Positions 1 through 6,720 of a DNA stretch of 24,000 nucleotides are shown here, piece after piece; within the stretch, counting starts at the first letter, position 1; the number at the start of each line of letters is the position of its first letter. Position numbers and translations under genes: made by a program. The notes under the pieces were generated by a model that was not told where the DNA came from, did no database searches, and saw nothing but the letters and a program-made list of their open reading frames with translations. Source of the DNA: Hominenteromicrobium mulieris (GTDB lineage Bacteria > Bacillota > Clostridia > Oscillospirales > Acutalibacteraceae); assembly GCF_020687165.1 (NCBI RefSeq), contig NZ_JAJEQC010000005.1; one strand, 5' to 3'.

Positions 1-1
1 A

Positions 2-3000
2 GGTCGTGTGAACAATGGAGCATACGTGCAAAGAGACAATTATGGCATGACTGAAGCTATGCGCCGCATCGTGGCTTACGGCTTTAACAACATAAATTCT
101 TTGCAGGACGGCAATAACGGTTGGTACAGCGCCGAAACCGCCAAAATGATGGTCACACAGCATCTTGTTTGGCTGGCGTCCGAAGGCTATATTACCGTAG
201 ACGGTACAAACTGGTCTTGGGGTTCCGGCATCGATAACGATGTTGAGCGCATGGCAAATCTGGCGTATAACAGTTCTGTTGTGCGCAGCTATTATGCGGA
301 GTTAAAAGATCGTCTTTTACGCTCTGAAATCGTCCCGTCCTTTGCAGGCAAAAGCAGCGACGGCAGCGATGCTCAGGAAATCGATTTACAGCTTGTAACC
401 GGTAAGTACACGGCTACTGTTACTGATACCAACGGCGTGCTGGATTTGTTCGATTTTCAGCAGGCAGGCTTTGATATTTCTCGTAACGGCAATACGCTGA
501 CGATTTCCACGAACACGCTGCCGGAGCAAGAGACAACGATTATCGGTGCAGGCTACACCGTCGGCGATAAAAACAGCATTGCCGTTTGGGAGGACAGAGA
601 CCAACAGGCCAACATTCAGCACCAAGCGACTTGTCCGGGCACAACGCAGACCATGGCGTACATCAAAATAAAAGGTGAAAAGCCTTCATATACAATCACG
701 CTCAATAAAACAAGCGCTGATTTGACGATTACTAACGGCAACCCCAATTACAGCCTTGAAGGCGCAGTATATTATGTTTATAAAGAAGCTGCGGAACCCG
801 ATTATCCGTATTGGGATTATGAGCCGTATGCGACCTTTACCACGGACGCGAACGGACACGCCGAACTTAGTAAGAAATTACAGTCAAGCAATTATGTAAC
901 TTTTGAAGCCGTAGCGCCGAAGGGCTACTGTGCAGACAGCAAAACCCATAAATTCACCGTCACGGGAGAAACAACGCTAAATGTTGTGGATGACCCGGGC
1001 ACAATCGTATTATCTGTTCATAAGAAAGACAGCGAGACGGATTCGGATCAGGCTTCAGGTAACGCTTCTTTGGCCGGAGCAGTATACCGTGTAAGCTATT
1101 TGGTCGATGGCCAAATGGTTTGTAAAGATATTACCACTAACAGCAAGGGCGTTACAGGATTAAATAAAATCCCCCTCGGCCAAATCACGGTTCAGGAAAT
1201 TACTGCACCGATAGGCTACAAGCTCGATCCGACTGTGCATACGTACAACATCACAACGCTCGGTACCGGTGATGTTTATGAACTCGAACCGGAAGACTTT
1301 ACGGAAGATGTCTTCAAGGGCAAAATTGCGCTGCACAAGCAGTATGAAACGCTCGACGACCGCGCAGAAGAACAAGGCGCAGAGTTTGATGTTTACCTCA
1401 AGTCTGCGGGCAGTTACGATGCAGCCAAAGAGACCGAGCGCGACCATATCACCACCGGCGCAGATGGCATGGCAACCACAAAGGACTTGCCTTACGGCAC
1501 ATACGTCGTGCATCAAACAAAGGGCGGCAACGGTCGTCAGCTTGTAGCCGATTTTGATGTTTCAATCTCCGAGGATGGCAAGGTTTACAGCTATGATCTT
1601 GTCAACGTACAGAAAAATGCACAGCTCAAGATCGTAAAGACTTCCGAAGACGGCGTAATCGAAGGCATTCACTTCCGCGTGACGCGCCTTGAGGATAGCT
1701 ATTCCGCAGAGTATGTAACGAATGCCGCAGGCGAAATCCTTACGGAAACACTTCCGATTTACGCGGACAAAGACGGCGCGAATAAGTATCAGTACAAGGT
1801 CGAAGAACTTGATACAGAGGAAACTTTCGGATATCAGCTTCCCGACTCGCAGACCGTAGAACTCAGCGAAGGCGAAATTGCTTCTGTAAGCTTCCATAAT
1901 GTGCCGATTGAAATCGGTACGAAGGCCACCGTTGAGGGAGAAAAAGAAGTTGATCCGCTCGATAAAGTTACGCTGACCGATACGGTATCATACACTGGCC
2001 TTGTTCCCGGTAAAGAGTACAAAGTAACCGGCGTACTGATGGATAAAAAAACCGGTGAAAAATTACTTGTGAATGGGAAAGAGATCACCGCTGAAACTAC
2101 CTTTATCGCAGAAACAAAGAATGGCAGCGTAGACGTTACCTTTATCTTTGACGCAACCGGTCTGCATGGTAAAGGAATCGTTGTTTTCGAGGATTTGTAC
2201 CGTGAAAACGCGCTGCTTGCTACCCATGCGGACATCAACGACGAAGGGCAGACCGTAAAGATTAAGAATCCTGAAATCGGAACAAAGGCAACAGCAGACG
2301 GCAAAAAAGAAATTACAGCGGATAAGATCACGATTACCGATGTTGTGAGCTATAAGGATTTGACCCCCGGTAAAGAATATAAGCTTACCGGTGTGCTGAT
2401 GAACAAAGCCACGAACGATAAGCTGCTCATCGATGGTAAAGAAATCACGGCAGAAGCTACCTTTACGCCAAAAGCTACCACCGGCGAAGTTGAGATGACG
2501 TTTACTTTCGACGCGCGTGAGCTGACGGTCGAAACTGAGGTCGTAGCTTTTGAAACGCTTTATCGCGACGGTATTGAAATTGCAGTACATGCAGACATCG
2601 AAGATGAGGGTCAGACGGTGAAGATTCTGCCGCTGCATGGCTCCATCAGCACGATCAAGGTCGATGCAGGAGACTCGCAGCACCGTCTTTCCGGCGCTGT
2701 GTTCGGCATCTATCGCGATGTAAACGGCGATGGTCGTTACACAGAGGGCATAGATACGTTTGTCGGCAATATGCGCGAAAAAGAAACCGGTGTGTATGAA
2801 CTTGATGGTTTGCTTTACGGCAAGTTTCTAATCCATGAGAAGCAGGCTCCGTCTGGCTTCTCACAGGATAAAAACTATTACAGCTTCGAAATCACAAGAG
2901 ACGGGGAAAAGGTGCAGTTTGAGGTTAAGCCCGGTATGAATTTCCCGAACAGCGCATTCCCAAAGACCGGCAGCAGTAATCACGGTGTTTATGCAGCACT

Positions 3001-3073
3001 GCTCGCTCTTGTGGTTTCCGGCCTCGGTTTAGGTGCTGTGATTTTTCACAAAGTCAAAAAAGCAAGTAAATAA
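2..3073 (+). CDS. Cell-wall-anchored multidomain surface adhesin, 5'-partial: Cna-B/SpaA-like domains, two Thr-Gln ester-bond (VaFE) domains and a C-terminal sortase signal
   Basis: The frame is open to the window edge (GGT CGT before the GTG at 8). Five motif blocks resemble Cna-B/prealbumin-fold domains (GAVYYVYKE, GAVYRVSY, GAEFDVYLK, IHFRVTR, GAVFGIYRD, each followed by a TxxxG...L.xGxY...E..AP.GY-type pattern). Two 121-aa repeats carry EIGTKAT...VvFE.LY...HADIxDEGQTV, matching the HxDxxDxxQ ester-bond signature. The C-terminus is FPKTG (2957..2971), then a hydrophobic helix (VYAALLALVVSGLGLGAVIF), then the basic tail HKVKKASK. Confidence 0.85.
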   Translation, partial: GRVNNGAYVQRDNYGMTEAMRRIVAYGFNNINSLQDGNNGWYSAETAKMMVTQHLVWLASEGYITVDGTNWSWGSGIDNDVERMANLAYNSSVVRSYYAELKDRLLRSEIVPSFAGKSSDGSDAQEIDLQLVTGKYTATVTDTNGVLDLFDFQQAGFDISRNGNTLTISTNTLPEQETTIIGAGYTVGDKNSIAVWEDRDQQANIQHQATCPGTTQTMAYIKIKGEKPSYTITLNKTSADLTITNGNPNYSLEGAVYYVYKEAAEPDYPYWDYEPYATFTTDANGHAELSKKLQSSNYVTFEAVAPKGYCADSKTHKFTVTGETTLNVVDDPGTIVLSVHKKDSETDSDQASGNASLAGAVYRVSYLVDGQMVCKDITTNSKGVTGLNKIPLGQITVQEITAPIGYKLDPTVHTYNITTLGTGDVYELEPEDFTEDVFKGKIALHKQYETLDDRAEEQGAEFDVYLKSAGSYDAAKETERDHITTGADGMATTKDLPYGTYVVHQTKGGNGRQLVADFDVSISEDGKVYSYDLVNVQKNAQLKIVKTSEDGVIEGIHFRVTRLEDSYSAEYVTNAAGEILTETLPIYADKDGANKYQYKVEELDTEETFGYQLPDSQTVELSEGEIASVSFHNVPIEIGTKATVEGEKEVDPLDKVTLTDTVSYTGLVPGKEYKVTGVLMDKKTGEKLLVNGKEITAETTFIAETKNGSVDVTFIFDATGLHGKGIVVFEDLYRENALLATHADINDEGQTVKIKNPEIGTKATADGKKEITADKITITDVVSYKDLTPGKEYKLTGVLMNKATNDKLLIDGKEITAEATFTPKATTGEVEMTFTFDARELTVETEVVAFETLYRDGIEIAVHADIEDEGQTVKILPLHGSISTIKVDAGDSQHRLSGAVFGIYRDVNGDGRYTEGIDTFVGNMREKETGVYELDGLLYGKFLIHEKQAPSGFSQDKNYYSFEITRDGEKVQFEVKPGMNFPNSAFPKTGSSNHGVYAALLALVVSGLGLGAVIFHKVKKASK
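1910..2626 (+). repeat. In-frame tandem duplication (about 363-nt period) encoding two T-Q ester-bond / VaFE domains inside the adhesin gene
   Basis: GAAATCGGTACGAAGGC starts at 1910 and GAAATCGGAACAAAGGC at 2273. The two 121-aa units align end to end (EIGTKATVEGEKE... and EIGTKATADGKKE..., both ending DEGQTVKI), with roughly half the residues identical by eye. Confidence 0.8.
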
Positions 3074-3100
3074 GTAAAACCGGCAATGTTGCCGATTCCT

Positions 3101-3196
3101 AAGCTACCCGTGCAGAGTGAGAAGGCCCATTACCGTTTGGTGATGGGCTTTTGTAATGCAGAGCGCCGGTCACAATCCCGGTGGGGCACTGCAAAT
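3101..3196. repeat. Direct repeat copy 1 (~96 nt) flanking the accessory cassette
   Basis: Hand alignment to 6290..6384 gives 8 substitutions and 1 single-base indel. The core GTGCAGAGTGAGAAGGCCCATTACCGTTTGGTGATGGGCTTTTGTAATGCAGAGCGCCGGTCACAATCCCGGTGGGGC is nearly identical in both copies. Confidence 0.9.
3125..3152 (+). terminator. Rho-independent terminator after the adhesin gene, lying inside repeat copy 1
   Basis: Stem GCCCATTACC / GGTGATGGGC (one G-U pair), loop GTTT, followed by TTTT. Confidence 0.7.
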
Positions 3197-3224
3197 TTAA
3201 TGTAATAGAAAGGTAAATGTTGAT

Positions 3225-3905
3225 ATGCATATTTTTGAAGAAGCAAGCCCAACGATTATAGGGCAGATGGTTACGCCTAAAAACATAGGAGACTTTTTTC
3301 TTGAATCATCGTACTACTTTTACTGCTGGGATGATCTTATGGAGTTGGAATACGGTCAGTGTGTTAGAAACAAGAAAAAATATTATTTTATCTCTGAGTT
3401 TGCTGAGGCAATTATGAAAAGAGGCTTTTTCTGCGACAAGCCTCTTTATGCGGAATTCACAGAAGAGCAAATTCAGAAGTATTTCAGCGGCGAGTATTCA
3501 GTCGGACAAATCTTTGCTCTTGCAATATCTCAAGCCCTTAATTTCACACCAGAACAAGTTGAAGTTTTGGAAGATAAAAACCTGAAATGCTTGGCCGTAT
3601 GGATTCTGTACGATATGGTATTGGGTACAGATGTGAGAGATATTAGAGAAATACTTAATAAACCGATTTTTATAGAAGAAAAGGAAAAGCAAATTCGGAA
3701 CTTGCATGGTAAAAGGCATTACTTACTCATTTCCCAAGAAAACTGGAAAATGGTAACAGAGTGGAACGCATGGAACAAGTGCGCCGATGACGGTACACTC
3801 AATTGTATTAAAAATTTGCGTGGTAATTTCCTTTGTTCGGATGCAGTTATGGATGATGACTATAATCTCATTGATACAAATGAAAATAGATACTTGAGCA
3901 TTTGA
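3225..3905 (+). CDS. Hypothetical protein (226 aa), AT-rich cargo gene with a weak Xre-like helix-turn-helix resemblance
   Basis: Complete ORF with a weak GAAAGG Shine-Dalgarno sequence about 11 nt upstream. The segment EEQIQKYFSGEYSVGQIFALAISQALNFTPEQV loosely resembles the recognition-helix region of Xre-family HTH proteins. I recognise no other motif. Confidence 0.5.
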   Translation: MHIFEEASPTIIGQMVTPKNIGDFFLESSYYFYCWDDLMELEYGQCVRNKKKYYFISEFAEAIMKRGFFCDKPLYAEFTEEQIQKYFSGEYSVGQIFALAISQALNFTPEQVEVLEDKNLKCLAVWILYDMVLGTDVRDIREILNKPIFIEEKEKQIRNLHGKRHYLLISQENWKMVTEWNAWNKCADDGTLNCIKNLRGNFLCSDAVMDDDYNLIDTNENRYLSI

Positions 3906-3912
3906 TTATAGA

Positions 3913-4683
3913 CTATATTAGAAGAATTTGTAAATTTGATGAATGACATAGTTTTGTGACCACATAGGGGCGACCACTTTTGGATTTTTGAAATTCTGAA
4001 AATAAGGCAACATAGCCTATTTGTTGTTTTAGGTATTTATACTCGACAGGGAGATATAAGAAAACTTTTTTAGAAATAAAGACGCGACATGCTAATGACG
4101 AAGAAGTATGTTCATTTGTTGCAATACGTCTGAGAAGTAGTGTGTGCCTATCGTCTTTGTTTTCCATTTCTATCGAGAATTTTCCATATCCTAATAGAGG
4201 AGTATTATAATCTTCATCTCGGAAACCCATTAAAAGATTCTTGGGCTGTAAGTGTTTTCCTTCTTGTGTAATTTGAGGTGGAGTTTTTTCAATATGAAAA
4301 TTAGTAGCGTGGTTAGTATTTGTTTTACATATAGAAGTTTTTTGTGGTTTGACATGAGAAATTCGCGTAAGAAGGCTGTGTAACTGACGTGATACATAGT
4401 CTCTATCTTCAGAGTTAAAAGAGTTCATAATTGTTTTTGCTCTATTTGTGGACAGATAAAGTTGGGCTAAGGGGCAATCTTCAGCATGTGATTGTTTCTG
4501 TGCAGTTCGCAAATATGCAGGTTGATCGTTTACATATGTAAGTTTAGCCTCTTTGCAGATAGGGCAGACCATGTACGGTTCATACTCAGCGCGAAATAAA
4601 GGAATATTGCGATATATTAGCGCTATTTGAAAAACAGAAAGTTCCGATTTTTTGTTTTCTAAGTAAGCATAATCAAATTTCAT
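3913..4683 (-). CDS. Hypothetical zinc-ribbon protein (256 aa), convergent with 3225..3905
   Basis: Complete ORF with a GAGG Shine-Dalgarno sequence upstream and its own near-consensus promoter. The N-terminal CPICKEAKLTYVNDQPAYLRTAQKQSHAEDC is a CxxC...HxxxC metal-binding pattern, reminiscent of the N-terminal zinc ribbons of CoiA-like or nuclease-associated proteins. I do not recognise the C-terminal 170 aa. Confidence 0.55.
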   Translation of the reverse strand: MKFDYAYLENKKSELSVFQIALIYRNIPLFRAEYEPYMVCPICKEAKLTYVNDQPAYLRTAQKQSHAEDCPLAQLYLSTNRAKTIMNSFNSEDRDYVSRQLHSLLTRISHVKPQKTSICKTNTNHATNFHIEKTPPQITQEGKHLQPKNLLMGFRDEDYNTPLLGYGKFSIEMENKDDRHTLLLRRIATNEHTSSSLACRVFISKKVFLYLPVEYKYLKQQIGYVALFSEFQKSKSGRPYVVTKLCHSSNLQILLI

Positions 4684-4733
4684 CTTCAGTATCGCCTCTA
4701 ATAGTCATATAACTGTTGGTAAATAACATAAAT

Positions 4734-4762
4734 ATTGTATCTAATTTGACTGTACAATGCAA
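4734..4762 (-). promoter_or_regulatory. SigA-type promoter for the 3913..4683 gene
   Basis: The minus strand reads TTGCAT (4762..4757), a 17-nt spacer, then TACAAT (4739..4734), about 50 nt upstream of the start codon at 4683. Confidence 0.6.
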
Positions 4763-4865
4763 TATAAAGTTTGACGGTAAGGAAAAAGCAGTACGTGGAT
4801 GTTCGTTGACGGGAAGACGCTGTACATAAGTAAAGCGTGACCGGCAATATTGCCGGTTTTATACG

Positions 4866-4899
4866 AAAAAGGAGCGTCCACAACTTTAGGGACGCTCCT
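4866..4899 (-). terminator. Rho-independent terminator of the dinJ-yafQ operon
   Basis: The minus strand reads AGGAGCGTCC, a loop, GGACGCTCCT, then TTTTT, about 30 nt after the toxin stop at 4929. Confidence 0.7.
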
Positions 4900-4928
4900 C
4901 GCAGATGGATAATGTTGAATTTGAACTT

Positions 4929-5201
4929 TCAGAACAGATCACTATGTGATCCGGTTCTGGTTAAGCAGAGGATGAGCTCATCGTTTTGAATTTCATAAAT
5001 TAGAAGCCAATCGGGGGTGATATGGCACTCCCTGCAACCGGCATAATTGCCAGACAAGTTGTGATCTCGATAATTTTCCGGCAAAGGCTTTTGTTCAGCC
5101 AGAATGGTGATAACCTCTTCCAGAAGCCGAATATCGTAACCCCTTTTGACGATTCGCTTGTAATCTTTTTTGAAGGTCGTCTGATACTTAATCGTCAGCA
5201 T
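4929..5201 (-). CDS. yafQ: Type II toxin, RelE/YafQ-family mRNA interferase (90 aa)
   Basis: MLTIKYQTTFKKDYKRIVKRGYDI...LPENYRDHNLSGNYAGCRECHITPDWLLIYEI..DELILCLTRTGSHSDLF is the characteristic YafQ/RelE pattern (F.KDxKR, DH.L.G....RECHI.PDWLLIY, RTGSHSDLF). The start overlaps the antitoxin gene. Confidence 0.9.
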   Translation of the reverse strand: MLTIKYQTTFKKDYKRIVKRGYDIRLLEEVITILAEQKPLPENYRDHNLSGNYAGCRECHITPDWLLIYEIQNDELILCLTRTGSHSDLF

Positions 5202-5460
5202 TCAGATCCTCCATCAGCTCTTTTACGGAGGAAAAACCTTTGCTCATTCCAATTCCGTTTTTTGCGTCTTCGATAGCTTTTCTTGTTACGGCGTTCGGTA
5301 CTTCGGCGCCGATTTCAAAAGGAATGCGATATTCGCGTACTGCTTTTTTTGCGAAAACGGTAAAAGCGGTCGTCATCGTCATGCCCATATCAGTGCAGAA
5401 AGCCTCGAATTGTGTTTTTAAATCGCTGTCCATGCGAATATTGACGTTTGTTTGTGCCAT
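5188..5460 (-). CDS. dinJ: Type II antitoxin, RelB/DinJ family (90 aa)
   Basis: An internal ATG at 5460 is preceded by AGGAGG (5474..5469). MAQTNVNIRMDSDLKTQFEAFCTDMGMTMTTAFTVFAKKAVREYRIPFEI matches the DinJ ribbon-helix-helix N-terminus. It overlaps the toxin start by 14 nt. The longer track ORF running to 5601 is a spurious N-terminal extension. Confidence 0.88.
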   Translation of the reverse strand: MAQTNVNIRMDSDLKTQFEAFCTDMGMTMTTAFTVFAKKAVREYRIPFEIGAEVPNAVTRKAIEDAKNGIGMSKGFSSVKELMEDLNADD

Positions 5461-5484
5461 TATACAACCTCCTTTGGTACTTAT

Positions 5485-5513
5485 ATTATAGCACTTTGTA
5501 ATGATACTGTCAA
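5485..5513 (-). promoter_or_regulatory. Perfect-consensus SigA promoter for dinJ-yafQ
   Basis: The minus strand reads TTGACA (5513..5508), exactly 17 nt, then TATAAT (5490..5485), about 25 nt upstream of the dinJ start. Confidence 0.75.
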
Positions 5514-5595
5514 TAAATTTTCGCACGATTGATGTGCAAAATGTAGATGATAATCGTAACATAATACAGATAAGAAAGAAAAGAGGAGCGAGAAT

Positions 5596-6291
5596 ATGCA
5601 AAAAGTTGTTGGATTTTTCAGTAAACCGGAAAATCTGTTTGTGCTGACACTTTTGATAGGGCTTTTTACGGGGACGTATAAGGTGGTGTCAAAGGCCTCA
5701 AATCACAACAATAGCTTGTATCAAAGGGTCAGCTCACCTATATGTTTCTATCTTAGGCTTTTTGGGTATGTATATACCCTTCCTTGGATAGGTAGTTTGT
5801 TGATTTCGGGAGGAAATTATGAAGAATGGTTGCAGGCATCAAAGAACACAGAGCCATATAGATTTTTCATAATTGGTTTGGTGATGATCTTCGGGAGTTA
5901 TGCGATGTATATTCCGGTGCTGCTTGAGCGCATTGCACGCGGGATTATGAATAAGGTTTCAATTAAAAATGATCTTGAACTCATCAATTCAAAATTTGGC
6001 ACAAGCTATACGGCAAGCGACTATATGTATGGTAAAGGGCACATTAAGCAAATTGTAACTTATATAAGCATAGGAGAAGAAAGTATTGCGGAGCTGATTT
6101 CAAACCCAAAACTTTCAGATGCAAAGAGAACTGTAATTCTTGACCTTCTTAGTCGTGGACTTACAGTAGACCAGATTAAGCCCTACATACAGTCGGACGA
6201 TCCGTATACAGCGGAACAGCTGCAATTTGAACTCTACAAATTGTTTTTTACCCAAATAGGGATCGTCAATAGCCGCAATATAACAAAATAA
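5596..6291 (+). CDS. Hypothetical membrane protein (231 aa): three N-terminal TM helices and a soluble C-terminal domain of about 110 aa
   Basis: There is a strong Shine-Dalgarno sequence (AAGAGGAG) 6 nt before the ATG. Hydrophobic segments are LFVLTLLIGLFTGTY, YLRLFGYVYTLPWIGSLLISG and FFIIGLVMIFGSYAMYIPVLL. I do not recognise the C-terminal domain; SIAELISNPKLSDAKRTVILDLLSRGLTVDQI is faintly HTH-like. It is transcribed divergently from the TA operon. Confidence 0.6.
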   Translation: MQKVVGFFSKPENLFVLTLLIGLFTGTYKVVSKASNHNNSLYQRVSSPICFYLRLFGYVYTLPWIGSLLISGGNYEEWLQASKNTEPYRFFIIGLVMIFGSYAMYIPVLLERIARGIMNKVSIKNDLELINSKFGTSYTASDYMYGKGHIKQIVTYISIGEESIAELISNPKLSDAKRTVILDLLSRGLTVDQIKPYIQSDDPYTAEQLQFELYKLFFTQIGIVNSRNITK

Positions 6292-6384
6292 CCTGCCTGT
6301 GCAGAGTGAGAAAGCTCATTACCGTTTGGTGATGGGCTTTTGTAATGCAGAGCGCTGGTCACAATCCCGGCGGGGCCTGTAAAT
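6290..6384. repeat. Direct repeat copy 2 (~95 nt) flanking the accessory cassette
   Basis: It aligns to 3101..3196 (see copy 1) and starts at the last bases of the stop codon of the 5596..6291 gene. Confidence 0.9.
6314..6341 (+). terminator. Rho-independent terminator inside repeat copy 2, after the membrane-protein gene
   Basis: Stem GCTCATTACC / GGTGATGGGC (two G-U pairs), loop GTTT, followed by TTTT. Confidence 0.65.
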
Positions 6385-6468
6385 AAAAGGAAAGGAGCAA
6401 GAAGCTACGCCGAGCATTCCGGCAAACAAAACTGTAAACTTATATTTTCGGCAAAGGAGAAAGGCAAA

Positions 6469-6720
6469 ATGAAAGAAATGTATGGTGTTGTGCTGCTGTA
6501 CACAGAAGGCATGGCAATTTGTGAAGATGACTGGGAGAACCTTTGGTGCGCTGAGATGCCAGAAGAATTTGTAACAGCAGGAGATGGCATTGAAATCGAC
6601 GGATTGACGCCATTAGAAGATCTTCCGATGGAGCAGCAAGTGCGTATTAAAAATGAGCTGGCTGCACTGCCGGAAGAATATCTGGACGTGCTGCGTAATT
6701 ATGGTGGAGGTGAGGAGTAA
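6469..6720 (+). CDS. Small hyperacidic protein (83 aa), function unknown
   Basis: AAGGAGAAAGG Shine-Dalgarno sequence. By hand count it has 21 Asp/Glu against 4 Lys/Arg. Its stop overlaps the ArdC-like start as TAATG, implying translational coupling. Confidence 0.65.
   Translation: MKEMYGVVLLYTEGMAICEDDWENLWCAEMPEEFVTAGDGIEIDGLTPLEDLPMEQQVRIKNELAALPEEYLDVLRNYGGGEE

Noticed and set aside
1160-2864. Long antisense and off-frame ORFs inside the adhesin gene (for example 1834..2331, 2063..2683 and 1562..1897 on the minus strand, and 1269..1547 on the plus strand)
   Set aside because: They lie entirely within a strongly supported 1021-aa coding frame, have no Shine-Dalgarno sequences, and have odd compositions (Ser/Phe/Cys/Arg-rich). 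They are shadow ORFs of a repetitive gene.
5461-5601. A 47-aa N-terminal extension of the antitoxin ORF (start at 5601)
   Set aside because: The extension covers the TA promoter itself and overlaps the divergent gene's start. The internal ATG at 5460 has a perfect AGGAGG, and it gives the canonical 90-aa DinJ length beginning MAQTNVNIRMD.
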